This document shows, one piece after another, positions 37,634 to 48,497 of a stretch of DNA of 64,000 nucleotides (positions are counted from its first letter, which is position 1; each line of letters begins with the position of its first letter). The translations under genes were made by a program, and so were the position numbers. The stretch spans positions 1,344,001-1,408,000 of the forward strand of contig OY760505.1 of NCBI GenBank assembly GCA_963663545.1. The letters are read 5' to 3'. The notes below the pieces were generated by a model, which saw only the letters and a program-made list of their open reading frames with translations, was not told the DNA's origin and did not search any database. This DNA is from Candidatus Delongbacteria bacterium (GTDB lineage: Bacteria; CAIWAD01).

Positions 37634-37941
37634 GCTTCTCCAAGTCCGGGCAATGGTTACAACTCTTCACCCGCCGGACACGTGGAAAAGAAAGGACCGC
37701 GCTGGCTAGCTTCTATTGGCTGCTCGTTGGGCGGTATGACTGAAAAAGCGAGCGCGCTCTACGCACTCGTGCCGAAGATCTGATGCCAGTGGCTGCTTCG
37801 ACAATCCATAAGCGAGCAATGATAAGTGATCTTGAGCAGCTTTACAACTCTGGGTTGCTATAACGCTCCCGCGCCAGTCTGATGCCGCTGGTGGCGTCAT
37901 TGGTCTCGCATCGCCTACTAAACACATTTCATGTTCGGCCC

Positions 37942-37972
37942 GGTCGGCGCCTGCGACGAGACGGCGCCGACC
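37942..37972 (-). terminator. 10-bp GC hairpin right after the stop of the 37973 gene
   Basis: GGTCGGCGCC / GGCGCCGACC; no clear U-tract. Confidence 0.4.
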
Positions 37973-38551
37973 TCAGGGCGCAGGTTTGTCTAGTTCTGTC
38001 AGCACATTGCGCAGAGTGGTATCGCCAACTTGTGCAGTTTCCCAGAGCATCTGAAACACGCGGTGAGCGTCACCCCAGCTCTCAAGCTCGCCGCTAAGCA
38101 CGCCGCGAAAGGTCCAATTCACGACTTCCTGCACCATTTCACATGAGATTTCCGCCATGGCCAATTGATCTGTGATACGAAACTCCAGGTGTGACAGATC
38201 ACCGGTCGCCATCGCCGCGCGATAGGCGGCAATGCGAATCACGGGCGGATACACGCCCTTCCAACCGGAAATGCTGGCAACCGAAAAGGTCTCGTCATAA
38301 TGTCCCCTTCCCAGGCTGTCAATGGCTGCCATCATGGATGCGTAATACAAACTGCGATTACTGAGCTGCACCTGGTTACTACGAACTTCCTCACTGATGT
38401 GATTCAAAGCTTCCTGAGCTGATCGCTGCGCGTTGTGCTCCTCGCGCCATTCGTTGGCAACGAATCCCAGCAATACAGCGAGGGCAATTGACACCATTTC
38501 GACTATGACTGTGTGATACAAACGACTATTGGTCTTCGAGAACTGACGCAT
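37973..38551 (-). CDS. Membrane-anchored helical hypothetical protein
   Basis: 'E...I..AVLLGF..NEWRE' TM followed by coiled coil; SD GGAGGT favours start at 38551 (track start 38599). Confidence 0.7.
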   Translation of the reverse strand: MRQFSKTNSRLYHTVIVEMVSIALAVLLGFVANEWREEHNAQRSAQEALNHISEEVRSNQVQLSNRSLYYASMMAAIDSLGRGHYDETFSVASISGWKGVYPPVIRIAAYRAAMATGDLSHLEFRITDQLAMAEISCEMVQEVVNWTFRGVLSGELESWGDAHRVFQMLWETAQVGDTTLRNVLTELDKPAP

Positions 38552-38703
38552 CAATTTCATACCTCCCCCACTTGCCAGACTCATTCGGACCTGCAACATG
38601 TCACACGATCAGGCGGTGGGCAAGCAAAGAACGATTCGCTGAAGTTTGGCACGGCTATGCGCAACACAAGTGCGTCTTCTCGGCAAGAGAGACATATTCG
38701 ACC

Positions 38704-40656
38704 CTAGTTCGACCCGTTCGCCGGCTCGTTGACCATTCTTTCCAGCATCAGGCAAAGGTTCTTGATGAGGTAGGGCTTGTGCAGAAACTCCGTCAGATCA
38801 TGCCGCAGCTCGGCTTCTACTTCCCGCTCGTCATATCCGCTTGAAAGCACTACAGGTAAGCGGGGCGCGAGTTCGCGAAGCTGGTGAAGCACTTCAAGAC
38901 CACTCACGCCCGGCATATTCAGGTCCAGAACAACAGCACTAAGCCGCTGACTGTACTCTTCCAGAAGTCTTACGGCCTCTTGCCCATCTCTGGCAATCAG
39001 CACATCGTAGCCCTTGCGCTGTAGACCGATGCGCAAGGTCGTCGACAGATCCACTTCATCGTCGACCAGCAGCACGAGGCCGGACGAAGGCGTATTCTTA
39101 TGTTCCTCTGTAACACGCTCCGGAGTTGACTCGTGTAACACAGCGGGTAGAAGAGCACGAAACACACAGCCTTGGTTAACTGAATTCTCCAGTTGCAGAG
39201 CACCGCGATTACTCCTCACAATGCCCAAAACGGCTGCTAGGCCCAGACCACGTCCTTGAAATTTGGTGGTAAAAAAGGGATCACAAATCCTTGCAACATG
39301 CTCTACCGAAATTCCTCTGCCTGTATCACGAACCTCCAACTGGACGTACTGTCCGGGCTTTGGCGGCTCACTAATCCAATCCGCGGCCTGCGTTCCGGCA
39401 ATCTCCCTTTTGCTCAGACATACAGTAACGTCACCACCATTTGCATCACATGCTTCTATCGCATTTGTCACAAGGTTTGTCAGCAACTGTTTGAGTTGTG
39501 ATACATCAATCTGCAGCCGTCCAGGAGTATCACCAACATCCAGTTTCAACTTCACCGTAGGTGGAGCGCTTAACGAAAGCCAGTGCGCGAGCTGCTGTAC
39601 GAGTGGCACTGGATCCACAAGTTCCTTGCGCCCTGAACGCTGCCCGGAGAACGTCAGCAGCTGATCGCAAATGGAAGAGGCGCGGCTTACGCTGCCAATG
39701 ATCGCCTGCAGGGAACTTGCCGTGTGCGATTCCGCATCGTGATCCAACATCACCACTTCAGCTCGATTGGAAATGGTCTGCAGAATGTTGTTGAACTCGT
39801 GTGCTACACCGGCAGCAAGAACTGCGATTGATTCTAGCTTCTGATTCTGTAGCAGCTTCTCTTGCAAGGACAGGCTCTGATGCTGTTCGCGTAGTAGCGG
39901 CCTGAGATCGTGGACAATGTGAATTGTGCCCAGCAGCTGCCCGTTTTCATCCAGGTGCGGGGCGCAGCTCACCTCAAACTCGCCCGCCGGATTCTTCAAT
40001 GTCACACGCACACGATGGCTCTGCTTTCCGCGTACTGTGTCGTCATAGGGACAAGCGGCGCAGATTTCTCCATTCCCAAAGACGTCGTAGCACTTGCAGC
40101 CAATCAGCTCCTGCTGGCTCTTCCCGGCTGCCTGACACAAGCTCACATTTGCTCGCTGCAGCCTCATTTCTGTGTCCAACAAGGCGATCATATCTGGCGA
40201 CGCATTTACGGTCGCCTCCCACTCACGCTTGGCGCGTAGCACTTCCTGGCGATAGCCGTATTCCTTGCTAACATCAACAATGCTGAGAACAGTGCCTCCG
40301 CCTTCTGGAAAATTGCAGTGTTTGCCGTTGATTTTGCACCACAGAACATGCCCATTGCGGTGCTTCAGCGGATACTCGAATGTGTGTGCCGGGCCACCAT
40401 CACGCTGCAAATCGCAGTTCCCAAGCAGAGACAGCGGACAATCCTGCCTGTCATGGAGAAGGCATGGATTCTTACCCAGCAGCTCTTTCTCGGAATACCC
40501 CAGGAGTTCTTCTAGCTGTGGATTCACCTGGCAAATCGCATTTTCACGAACTACCAGTATGCCGACCGGACAATGACGAAAAGCAGCTTCACGCTCCAGG
40601 TATTCAGCGGTTGCAGTGAAATCTTCCTCAGCGGTCCACGGTGAATTCTTGCTCAT
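38704..40656 (-). CDS. Cytoplasmic hybrid histidine kinase (PAS-PAS-HisKA-HATPase-REC)
   Basis: Two PAS domains, 'GVAHEFNN', 'PFFTTKF.GRGLGL', receiver 'LVDDE...DLNMP'; SD GGAGG before MSKNS. Confidence 0.93.
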   Translation of the reverse strand: MSKNSPWTAEEDFTATAEYLEREAAFRHCPVGILVVRENAICQVNPQLEELLGYSEKELLGKNPCLLHDRQDCPLSLLGNCDLQRDGGPAHTFEYPLKHRNGHVLWCKINGKHCNFPEGGGTVLSIVDVSKEYGYRQEVLRAKREWEATVNASPDMIALLDTEMRLQRANVSLCQAAGKSQQELIGCKCYDVFGNGEICAACPYDDTVRGKQSHRVRVTLKNPAGEFEVSCAPHLDENGQLLGTIHIVHDLRPLLREQHQSLSLQEKLLQNQKLESIAVLAAGVAHEFNNILQTISNRAEVVMLDHDAESHTASSLQAIIGSVSRASSICDQLLTFSGQRSGRKELVDPVPLVQQLAHWLSLSAPPTVKLKLDVGDTPGRLQIDVSQLKQLLTNLVTNAIEACDANGGDVTVCLSKREIAGTQAADWISEPPKPGQYVQLEVRDTGRGISVEHVARICDPFFTTKFQGRGLGLAAVLGIVRSNRGALQLENSVNQGCVFRALLPAVLHESTPERVTEEHKNTPSSGLVLLVDDEVDLSTTLRIGLQRKGYDVLIARDGQEAVRLLEEYSQRLSAVVLDLNMPGVSGLEVLHQLRELAPRLPVVLSSGYDEREVEAELRHDLTEFLHKPYLIKNLCLMLERMVNEPANGSN

Positions 40657-40780
40657 ACCACCTCCCGACAAGGATCTCCTACCGCAACGGCATGATCCGT
40701 ATACGGAAGTAACAATACGTTATTAGTATCGGCATTATTTGACACCGATCTGAGCGAGATCTGCGGAAGAAGTCCGCGAG

Positions 40781-43700
40781 CTAATGCTGCTTCTCTCCTG
40801 TATCCTTCTGCTGTCGCCGTGCTTCGAAATAGTCGCGGATGAGCTGCTCCATATCAGGCGTGTAGCCTTCCTGCAAGGCGCGCATCAGGTCACGCTCCAA
40901 GCGGTCGGCCTCTTCGGCATCGGGCAGCGGAGGCGGCTCGGGAGCCTGCAATTGCTCTGCGCTGCGACTCTCGCGCTTCTTGCTTTCATCTTGCCGACGC
41001 AGACTGCGCTGCGCCTCCAGCAAACGACTGAGAATGCGCTCTTGCAGATGGCGTGTGCGTTCGGTGTAGATCTGGTTTTCCAGGTCTTCCTCGACCTCGC
41101 GCATGTCCGAACTGATCTTGCCTGTATCACCCAGAACCGGCTGCCCATCCTCGCCCAGCTTCTCGCTAAGGGCTTCCATCTGCTCACGAATCTGTCCCTG
41201 CGTGGCAGCAGCCTCGCCAAAACTGATGGACATCGGCTTCTGACTTCCGCCTGGGTTGTTGCACATCAGCTTGTTGCATTGGCCATTCAGGCACTGCTGC
41301 TGGCTACTGACCTGGGCCATTTGTTCCATCAGCTCTTCAAATCCGCTCGAAGACGAGCTCTGCTGCATCTGCTGCTTGGCCTGCTTCAACATGAGAATGG
41401 CAATGTTGAACTTGCCCATGGCCTCGGGACCCTGCTGTCGCAGCGCTCCCAGGTTGCGCTCGTGATAGCCCTCGATAATCTGATTCAGCAGATCCAGCGA
41501 TTGCCCAAGCAAGGCGATGACTCTGGTGTCGATGAAAAAGCTCTGGCGACTCAACTCCAGCAGGGCATCGGCAACGGCCTCGGCGCCCAAGCGAATTTCC
41601 TGGCTCTGCTCCGCCAGCGGCGGCAAGCGCAGACTACCACGGCTTAGGGTGGGAATCTCGGCGTTGACTTCTTCCTGACTCAAGCTCAGGACCAGTAACT
41701 CCTGACAGAGCCGATCAATCTCACGCCCCATCTCCTCCTGCGCATTCTGTTTGGCTTGCGACAAGGCTTGCTGCAGCATTTCGTTTAGCTGTGCCAGGTC
41801 CTGCTCGATCTCCTCGCCGTGTTCGCCGGCTTCTGGATCACCCTGCTGCATCTCCTCAGCCATTTGCTGCATCTTGGCCGATGGCTGATTCTGCTGCAGG
41901 TGCTGCTCAGCCTGCTTAACTTGCTGACGCGGAAAGTCACTACGCTGGCCGAATTCTTCCTCAAGCCGTGATACATCCTGCGCCAACTGCTCCATGTCCT
42001 TGCTCGCGCGCTGCTCATCGCCAGCCGCCAGATCCTGCTGCTGCCGGCTTGCATTCGGGTTCTGAAGCGTTTCGTTGACCTGCTGCTGACGATCGCGCAA
42101 GTCCTCAGCGCGACGGGCCAACTCCTCCAATCGCTGCTCAAGGCGAAGCTGCTCCATGACGGCGAGGAAGCGGTCGAGTTGGCGCTCCATCTGGCGCAAC
42201 ACCTCTTCCATATCACCGGTGCGCGGCTGCTGAGGCTGCGGTGGCTGCTGTGCTTGTTCGGCCGCTTTACGCAGGCGTTCCATCAACTCTGGACTGATGG
42301 CTTCGTTCAACAGATCCTTCAACCGCGACAGCTTCTCGCGCAACTCCTCCGAGACCATGTTGTTCTGCTCCATGCGCTGCTCAAGCTGTTCCAGCTCTTT
42401 GGCCACCTCGGCCGCGCGCTCCATGGTCTCTTGCTGTTGTTGCACAAGCTGCTTCAGTCGTTGCTGCTGCTCCCAACTCATTTCAGGATTTCGCTTGAGC
42501 TCCTCGTTCAGCTCGCGCAGCTGCTCGACATTGTGTTGCGTCTCCTGCAACAGTCGCTCGGCTTCCTCGGCCAGATTCTCCTGATCGCGCTCAACTTCTG
42601 CAAAGAGCTCGCTGACTCCGGGCACTTTGATCAGGTAAAGCGGCGTGCGCGTGGATTGTGCGCCCTGCCAGCCATTGTTGTCAAAGACCTCCAGATAGAA
42701 CCAGACTTCGTCATCGGGCATCAGGTTCTCATCCAGCAGATTCCAGATGTAATCCAGCGCAGCTCGCGCTTTGCCACCAAGCGCACGCAGCTCCAGATCA
42801 CGCTGTGTCCAATCGGCGGGAGGATCGGTCAGCAGCGTGGGATCAGGTTGTTCGTGCAGACTTCGTGTCACAGCGGAAACACGCTTGTAAACAAGGCGAA
42901 GACGTGTCACACCATAGTCATCCTCTGCCACGCCAACAAGCGGAAGACGAAGTCGCCGGTCCAGCTCGATTTCCTGCTCTTGCGGATGCACCATGCGCAG
43001 CACGGGAGGACGATCGGGAATCACACGAAGACTATGTATCACCACATCGTCCTGCCGCAAGCTGTCTTCATCCAGTAACTCCAGCCACCAGCGACCATCG
43101 CGACGTGCGCGCCAGTCAAAAGCAAAGCGCCGCTTATCATTCAGGCTGTCTGACCAGAACTCTACGCGTGTATCACCGCCCTCGCCGGAGAAGGTCATGG
43201 CTGCATCAAGTAGCCGCTCGCTAAAACGCCCCTCAACATGCACTCGGGAACCAAGAGGGCACACCAGGTCACCGCTGCCCGCCTCCAGCACACGCGCACC
43301 CTGTCCCGTGTAAGCTGGCGGATAAACACTCACTTCGTACTCTTCCAGGCGAGGTGGCGTTAGCACAGTGAGCGCAAGTGTATCACTTCGCACAATGCGA
43401 TGGCGCCCGAGGCTCCAGTTCTCGGCTTCGGCCCAGAACCTGGCATCGGTGTGTAACACGTGATCCAGCAACTCTGCATGACCCCGCTGAACCAGTAGCG
43501 GCCATTGTCGCAGCCCGGATTCATTTCGCTGAAAAAGGTTCACGTTCTGGGGAAGCGAATTTCCAATGACATCAATTCCAATGCTGATCCTGCGCCCAGC
43601 GACAACCGTGGTACTGTCGGCATGAAGCGTCAATTGATAGGGAGGAGGAGCCAGGAAATTCCGCTGCGGATCCGCCAATCGCCTTGCAGCCAGTTCTGCG

Positions 43701-44242
43701 CTCTCGTGTGCTCCAAGCAGGACACCAGCAGCTAGCACCAGACTGGTGACACAAAACATCAGCGCAAGCCTAAGGGGCCTGCGTGGAAGCGCATGTGTCA
43801 CATCCACGTTAGCAAGCTGCGGAACAACGCTGTCCAGGCTAGCTGCGATCAGTTCAGGATCATATCCTTGAACATTCAGCTCACCAGCCTCTACTACCTG
43901 CAGGCCGTTGAGCAGTCGATCGCGGACTTGTGGACTTCCCCAGCCGATGCGACGTGCCAGATCGTAAAGATGCGGTGTAGCACGCAACAGAATCACCTCG
44001 CGCAGCACCAGCAACAACAGAGCAACGATCCAGCCAAGGGAAGCAACAGTGGCAAGAGAAGCAAGCGTTTGGCGTACGGCAGGATCATGCGAAGAGAAGT
44101 GCTCGATCAGCAGGAACAGCAATAGTAGGGGTAGCGAGGCAATCCACCACAGAACCGCTGTCAATAGTCGTCGCGCACGAAAGCGGCGACGCAAGCGCAA
44201 GAGCAATCCCAACACCCGACCATGTGATACAGACACCGCCAT
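40781..44242 (-). CDS. DUF4175-like membrane protein with long Q/E-rich coiled coil
   Basis: Three N-terminal TMs, 'PPAYTG', 'D.PP', 'EDDYGV', 'LSRLLEAQRS', 'RDYF'. Confidence 0.8.
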   Translation of the reverse strand: MAVSVSHGRVLGLLLRLRRRFRARRLLTAVLWWIASLPLLLLFLLIEHFSSHDPAVRQTLASLATVASLGWIVALLLLVLREVILLRATPHLYDLARRIGWGSPQVRDRLLNGLQVVEAGELNVQGYDPELIAASLDSVVPQLANVDVTHALPRRPLRLALMFCVTSLVLAAGVLLGAHESAELAARRLADPQRNFLAPPPYQLTLHADSTTVVAGRRISIGIDVIGNSLPQNVNLFQRNESGLRQWPLLVQRGHAELLDHVLHTDARFWAEAENWSLGRHRIVRSDTLALTVLTPPRLEEYEVSVYPPAYTGQGARVLEAGSGDLVCPLGSRVHVEGRFSERLLDAAMTFSGEGGDTRVEFWSDSLNDKRRFAFDWRARRDGRWWLELLDEDSLRQDDVVIHSLRVIPDRPPVLRMVHPQEQEIELDRRLRLPLVGVAEDDYGVTRLRLVYKRVSAVTRSLHEQPDPTLLTDPPADWTQRDLELRALGGKARAALDYIWNLLDENLMPDDEVWFYLEVFDNNGWQGAQSTRTPLYLIKVPGVSELFAEVERDQENLAEEAERLLQETQHNVEQLRELNEELKRNPEMSWEQQQRLKQLVQQQQETMERAAEVAKELEQLEQRMEQNNMVSEELREKLSRLKDLLNEAISPELMERLRKAAEQAQQPPQPQQPRTGDMEEVLRQMERQLDRFLAVMEQLRLEQRLEELARRAEDLRDRQQQVNETLQNPNASRQQQDLAAGDEQRASKDMEQLAQDVSRLEEEFGQRSDFPRQQVKQAEQHLQQNQPSAKMQQMAEEMQQGDPEAGEHGEEIEQDLAQLNEMLQQALSQAKQNAQEEMGREIDRLCQELLVLSLSQEEVNAEIPTLSRGSLRLPPLAEQSQEIRLGAEAVADALLELSRQSFFIDTRVIALLGQSLDLLNQIIEGYHERNLGALRQQGPEAMGKFNIAILMLKQAKQQMQQSSSSSGFEELMEQMAQVSSQQQCLNGQCNKLMCNNPGGSQKPMSISFGEAAATQGQIREQMEALSEKLGEDGQPVLGDTGKISSDMREVEEDLENQIYTERTRHLQERILSRLLEAQRSLRRQDESKKRESRSAEQLQAPEPPPLPDAEEADRLERDLMRALQEGYTPDMEQLIRDYFEARRQQKDTGEKQH

Positions 44243-44243
44243 C

Positions 44244-44894
44244 TCACCCTCCTAGTGCATAGACCAGGATATTGGTCCCCATGCGCAGTGCCTTCTGTCT
44301 CAGCTCTTCAGGATCTTCGTGGACTTCCGGATCTTCCCATCCGTCACCTAGATCGCACTCCCAGGTGTAGAACAGCACAAGGCGGTTGTCCAGATAAATC
44401 CCGTAGCCGCGCGGCGGTTTGTTGTCGTGCTCGTGGATCTTAGGTAAGCCGTGAGGAAACTCAAACCGGCTGTGATACACAGCATGATCAAAAGGAACCT
44501 CGACCAGTTCGTGATCCGGAAAGACCTTCCGGATCTCGCGCCTGAAGTGCTCGTCCAGGCCGTAGTTGTCATCCACATGCAAGAACCCGCCGTGACTCAA
44601 ATAGAGCCGCAAGCGCTGAGCCTGGCGCTCGCTGAAATGAACGTTCCCATGCCCGGTCATGTAGAGGTAGGGATAGGCAAAAAGCCGTGGATCATCCAGC
44701 TCGACGACGTCTTCCTTGGCTGCTGTTTCAATGTCCGTGTTGCGTGATACAAACTCCAGCAGGTTGGGAAGGCTGGTCGGATCACCATACCAGTCGCCGC
44801 CGCCATCATACTTGATGCGCGCAATGCTCAGTTCCTGTGCGAAGAGTGGTGTCACCAAGAGCAGCAGGAACAACCATTTTACGGGCGGCAGCAT
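44244..44894 (-). CDS. DUF4159 family exported protein
   Basis: 'KYDGGGDWY.DP', 'YMTGHG', 'GLPKIHEHD', 'DLGDGWED'; start MLPPV at 44894 (track start 45008). Confidence 0.88.
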   Translation of the reverse strand: MLPPVKWLFLLLLVTPLFAQELSIARIKYDGGGDWYGDPTSLPNLLEFVSRNTDIETAAKEDVVELDDPRLFAYPYLYMTGHGNVHFSERQAQRLRLYLSHGGFLHVDDNYGLDEHFRREIRKVFPDHELVEVPFDHAVYHSRFEFPHGLPKIHEHDNKPPRGYGIYLDNRLVLFYTWECDLGDGWEDPEVHEDPEELRQKALRMGTNILVYALGG

Positions 44895-44902
44895 AGTTTT
44901 CG

Positions 44903-46198
44903 TCAGTCCACGATCCTGTAATACACGCGCGAACGCAGTCCGGAGACGTAGTCCTGCAACTGCTGGTTCTTCTTCCAATTCCGCGCTAGCTGACTCACTT
45001 GCTCCCAATCCTCCTCGAGACTGGGACGTCGCGAAGGACGCTGATCAAGTTTGCGGTAGATGTGCAAACCTTGCTTGCCCTCCATCTCACCACGCATTGG
45101 AGGAAGCATGGCCCCGGTATCCAGATCGCGTACGCGACTGCGCACCAGGGGAACCAGTTTGTCAAACTCGATCCAGCCCAGATCTCCGCCTGCTTGGCGA
45201 CTAAGCTCGTGATGCGTGTAGCGCCTGGCCAGACTATCGAAGGCAGCTCCTTGCTGCAGCAGGGCGTAGAGTGAATCAGCAAGATCGGTGGCGTATCGTT
45301 CGTCTTCGCTTGTCGGCTGCAGACTAAAGAGGATGTGGCTGGTCTCGATGTACTCGCCTGCGCGGTCATCCAGACGTATCACATGCCAGCCATATTCAGA
45401 ACGAATCGGCTCGCTGATCTCACCCTTTTTCATGCGATAAGCGGCCTCTTCGTAAGGCCGAACGAGAGTACCACGCTTGGTACGACCAATACTGCCGCCG
45501 TACTCGGCACTGGCCTCGTCCTGACTGAAGGTACGCGCCATTTCAGCAAAATCAGCGGGTGGATCGGCAACAAGCAGTTGTCTCACACTATCTGCCAACG
45601 CGTGTGCGTGCTGATCACTTTCCGGGCTGGCCTTGAACTCCAGAAAGATGTCCTGCAAATGCACAGACTCGCCAACGCGCGGCAAACTGTCCTGGTAGGC
45701 GGCGAAGAAGTTTTCGATCTCCTGGCGTGTTACAGTGACATCACCCAAGTAGCGCTGCTGTAGCTGTTCGACGTAGAATTGGTCGCGCATATCCTGTAGC
45801 AGGTCGGCGCGGATCTTGCGCACCGATTGCCCCATCAGCTCCTCCAGCCGGCTCGTGCCGCCAACGCGACGGGCAATGGCATCAATGCGCTCATCGGTGG
45901 CACGCTCGACATCTTTGTCCTGCACGATGATGTTGGTGTCTGCGCGTGCTACAGCCAACATGACGCGGGAATCGATCATGCCTTGCACAAGCTGGAGTTT
46001 GATATCCTCGAGCTCATCCACATTCATGCGATCGGGATCCTGCCCGTTCTCCATGAGGTAGCGCTGCAGTTCCTGGGTGACTTCGCTTTCCAGGATGATC
46101 TCCTGATCTACCACTACCAGCACGCGATCCAGCGTTTCCTGGGCGAGACTTGCCACCAGCGGAATCAGGCAGCAGAGGACATACAAGAACTTCGGCAT
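44903..46198 (-). CDS. surA: SurA-like periplasmic chaperone / parvulin PPIase
   Basis: Signal peptide, 'DRV.VVVD.EIILESE', two parvulin domains ('F..AR..SQD..S...GG', 'SEYGWHVI', 'GGDLGW'). Confidence 0.85.
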   Translation of the reverse strand: MPKFLYVLCCLIPLVASLAQETLDRVLVVVDQEIILESEVTQELQRYLMENGQDPDRMNVDELEDIKLQLVQGMIDSRVMLAVARADTNIIVQDKDVERATDERIDAIARRVGGTSRLEELMGQSVRKIRADLLQDMRDQFYVEQLQQRYLGDVTVTRQEIENFFAAYQDSLPRVGESVHLQDIFLEFKASPESDQHAHALADSVRQLLVADPPADFAEMARTFSQDEASAEYGGSIGRTKRGTLVRPYEEAAYRMKKGEISEPIRSEYGWHVIRLDDRAGEYIETSHILFSLQPTSEDERYATDLADSLYALLQQGAAFDSLARRYTHHELSRQAGGDLGWIEFDKLVPLVRSRVRDLDTGAMLPPMRGEMEGKQGLHIYRKLDQRPSRRPSLEEDWEQVSQLARNWKKNQQLQDYVSGLRSRVYYRIVD

Positions 46199-46296
46199 GG
46201 GTGTATCCTGTTTAGTTCGAATTGCGCCGTTCGGGCACTCGCACCGATCTCTGGCGCATCGACAGCTTTCGAAGGTAGTAATGAGCAGCTACCCTG

Positions 46297-47178
46297 TCAG
46301 GGCTCCAGGTGGCGGCCTTCGGACTCGAAGAGCGGCGTCAGATCCAGTTGGTAGGATTGCTGATCGCGCAACGTACTCTCAAAACGCCGTTGTCGTTCCA
46401 ACAGCCGCTCTTCACGCATGGCTTGTTCCACCTCGTAGCCAGCGGCATCGAGCGGCGGCACATAGCCCGCAGGCCGACGCCCCACAACCTGAAAGAAAAG
46501 CCACCCCTCGTCCCGCGCATAGAGCGGTGAAATCTGCAGGTACTCCATGGCGAAGATTTCTTCCGCCCACTGCGGATCTGTTTCGTAGCGCGTGATAAAC
46601 TCGGTCTTGCCGTAGCGAACACTGTCCTGCCCAAGTTGGTCGGCCGTGATACGATTCAGCGAAGCCGCCCGCCGAAGCTCAAGGGCCATCAGGCTGTCCG
46701 CAGACCAGTACCAACTGAATTTCAGCTGCTCTTCATCAATGCGAAAGCGCTCCTGATTGCGCCGATACCAACGCGCAAGATCGCGAGCGTTGATTTCCTC
46801 GGGCGCGCTCAGCTCCTGTTCCATTACCAGGCCGCGCAGGTAGCGATTCTGAATCGCAGCCAGGTCCTCGCGTATCACAGGATCCCTGCTGATACCGCGC
46901 CGGTTGGCTTCTGCGACAAAGATCTGCCCTTCGATCCAATCCAGCAGGTGACGCTCGATCTGCGCACGCGACAGTGTATCACCGCTGGAATCAAGCCAGT
47001 TCTGCAGGCGCGACAGCGTGTAGATGGAATCGGCGACCTGAGCGACAATCGGAACGTCCTCGTGAAGTGCAACCCCCCGCTCGCCATGCGACATAGCTGA
47101 ATCACGGGAAGCGGGTTCTGTATCACGCGTCGCACACGCAGCCAGAATGAGTGGTAAGAGGAACAGAATGAAACGCAC
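46297..47178 (-). CDS. PPIase/SurA-N-like lipoprotein
   Basis: Lipobox 'LAAC', 'VAQV', 'WIE......EA...G', 'Y..N.E.F'; upstream of surA. Confidence 0.7.
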   Translation of the reverse strand: MRFILFLLPLILAACATRDTEPASRDSAMSHGERGVALHEDVPIVAQVADSIYTLSRLQNWLDSSGDTLSRAQIERHLLDWIEGQIFVAEANRRGISRDPVIREDLAAIQNRYLRGLVMEQELSAPEEINARDLARWYRRNQERFRIDEEQLKFSWYWSADSLMALELRRAASLNRITADQLGQDSVRYGKTEFITRYETDPQWAEEIFAMEYLQISPLYARDEGWLFFQVVGRRPAGYVPPLDAAGYEVEQAMREERLLERQRRFESTLRDQQSYQLDLTPLFESEGRHLEP

Positions 47179-48497
47179 TATTGCCCCCTGGAAAATCTAG
47201 AGCGGATCCACCGCGACGCATGCTGACGGTATTCCTGCAGATCCCGCGAAGTAGCCAGCAGAGAGCGAAAGTAGCTGGTTCGCGTCTCGCGACAGAACAA
47301 AGCAACAACAACAATCTTGCCAATGATTATGGAAAGCGTTGTGGCAAGTGCAGCGCCAGCAATGCCAAAGCGTGGCAGCAGCAAGAGATTCAACAGTACA
47401 TTAGCAATGACGCTGAAGACACTCATCGCAACAGGGTATCCTGGCCGTTCAAATGCGGTGAGAAAAAGGGAAAGACTGCCGACGTTTCCTCGCACCACAA
47501 CACTGCCAAAAGCCAGAATGACAAGCGTCGGATAAGCCGCAGCGTATTCTCGTCCGTAAAGCAGCAATGCGGGATAGCCAAAAGCGCAAATCGCAAGAAA
47601 GACAAGCAGAAACAGAAAAAAGGAGGCCTTGTAAACACGACGAGTTGTCTGAATGGCCTCATTCAACGGTTGTCCAGCTACATGCGGGAAAAACACAGTC
47701 TGAATTGCATTCTGAAACTCGCGCGCTGCGCCAATCGCCATGATGCAAACCGTGTACAGGCCCAGATCTTCTGCTCGCACTTTGTCCGAACTCACCACGA
47801 ATGCGGAAACCATGATGGCGTCGATGCGCAGGCTCAAGAGATTCAGCAGATTGCCCGACCACGGAAAAAGAGAAAAGGAGAGCATTTGACGTATGCTCAA
47901 ACGATGTGATCCGTTTAGCCGCGGACGTAGAAAGTACAGCGCTACCGCAGAGGCCAGTAGTCCGCTGCATCCGTATAAGGCTATCACCAGCGGCACCGAA
48001 CGCCAGCCAGCCAGAAGCGCAACTGCCATCAGCAAGAGCAAGCATGCCGCTTTGACGGCAGTGGCAATGTTGTATTGACGCACGCGCTCTTGCGCCATTA
48101 TCAGCATAGAAAGAATCGAAAACAGCCCCTCGACAATCACGAATCCACAGGTGAACAGAAGTGCAGGTGTGCTGGAGTCGTGAAATGCGGAAGCGAGAAA
48201 GCTGCGTGCCGAGAAAACAAAAAGGCCGCAGCCAACCAGGCACCCCGTCAGGAAAAGCGGTAGCGCGCTCCAGAAAAAGCTGCTCTCTTCCTCCCCCAGG
48301 CGACGTACGAAATAGACCGCGCCGGAGTCCAGGCCTAGAACCGCAAACGTGAATAAAAGCACTCCCACCATAATCAACAGACTGGCTTGCCCCTGCAATT
48401 CCGGACCAAGCAACCGGGCTAGCAGAATACTCGTGAGCAGGCCAGTTGAACGGATGAGCACGCGGTTGAAAAACAGGGCAGCGATACTATTCAACAT
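47178..48497 (-). CDS. Polysaccharide flippase (Wzx/MOP family)
   Basis: About 12 TMs, 'LARLLGPE..G', 'LGLY', 'LNLLLLPRFGIAGAALAT'. Confidence 0.85.
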   Translation of the reverse strand: MLNSIAALFFNRVLIRSTGLLTSILLARLLGPELQGQASLLIMVGVLLFTFAVLGLDSGAVYFVRRLGEEESSFFWSALPLFLTGCLVGCGLFVFSARSFLASAFHDSSTPALLFTCGFVIVEGLFSILSMLIMAQERVRQYNIATAVKAACLLLLMAVALLAGWRSVPLVIALYGCSGLLASAVALYFLRPRLNGSHRLSIRQMLSFSLFPWSGNLLNLLSLRIDAIMVSAFVVSSDKVRAEDLGLYTVCIMAIGAAREFQNAIQTVFFPHVAGQPLNEAIQTTRRVYKASFFLFLLVFLAICAFGYPALLLYGREYAAAYPTLVILAFGSVVVRGNVGSLSLFLTAFERPGYPVAMSVFSVIANVLLNLLLLPRFGIAGAALATTLSIIIGKIVVVALFCRETRTSYFRSLLATSRDLQEYRQHASRWIRSRFSRGQ

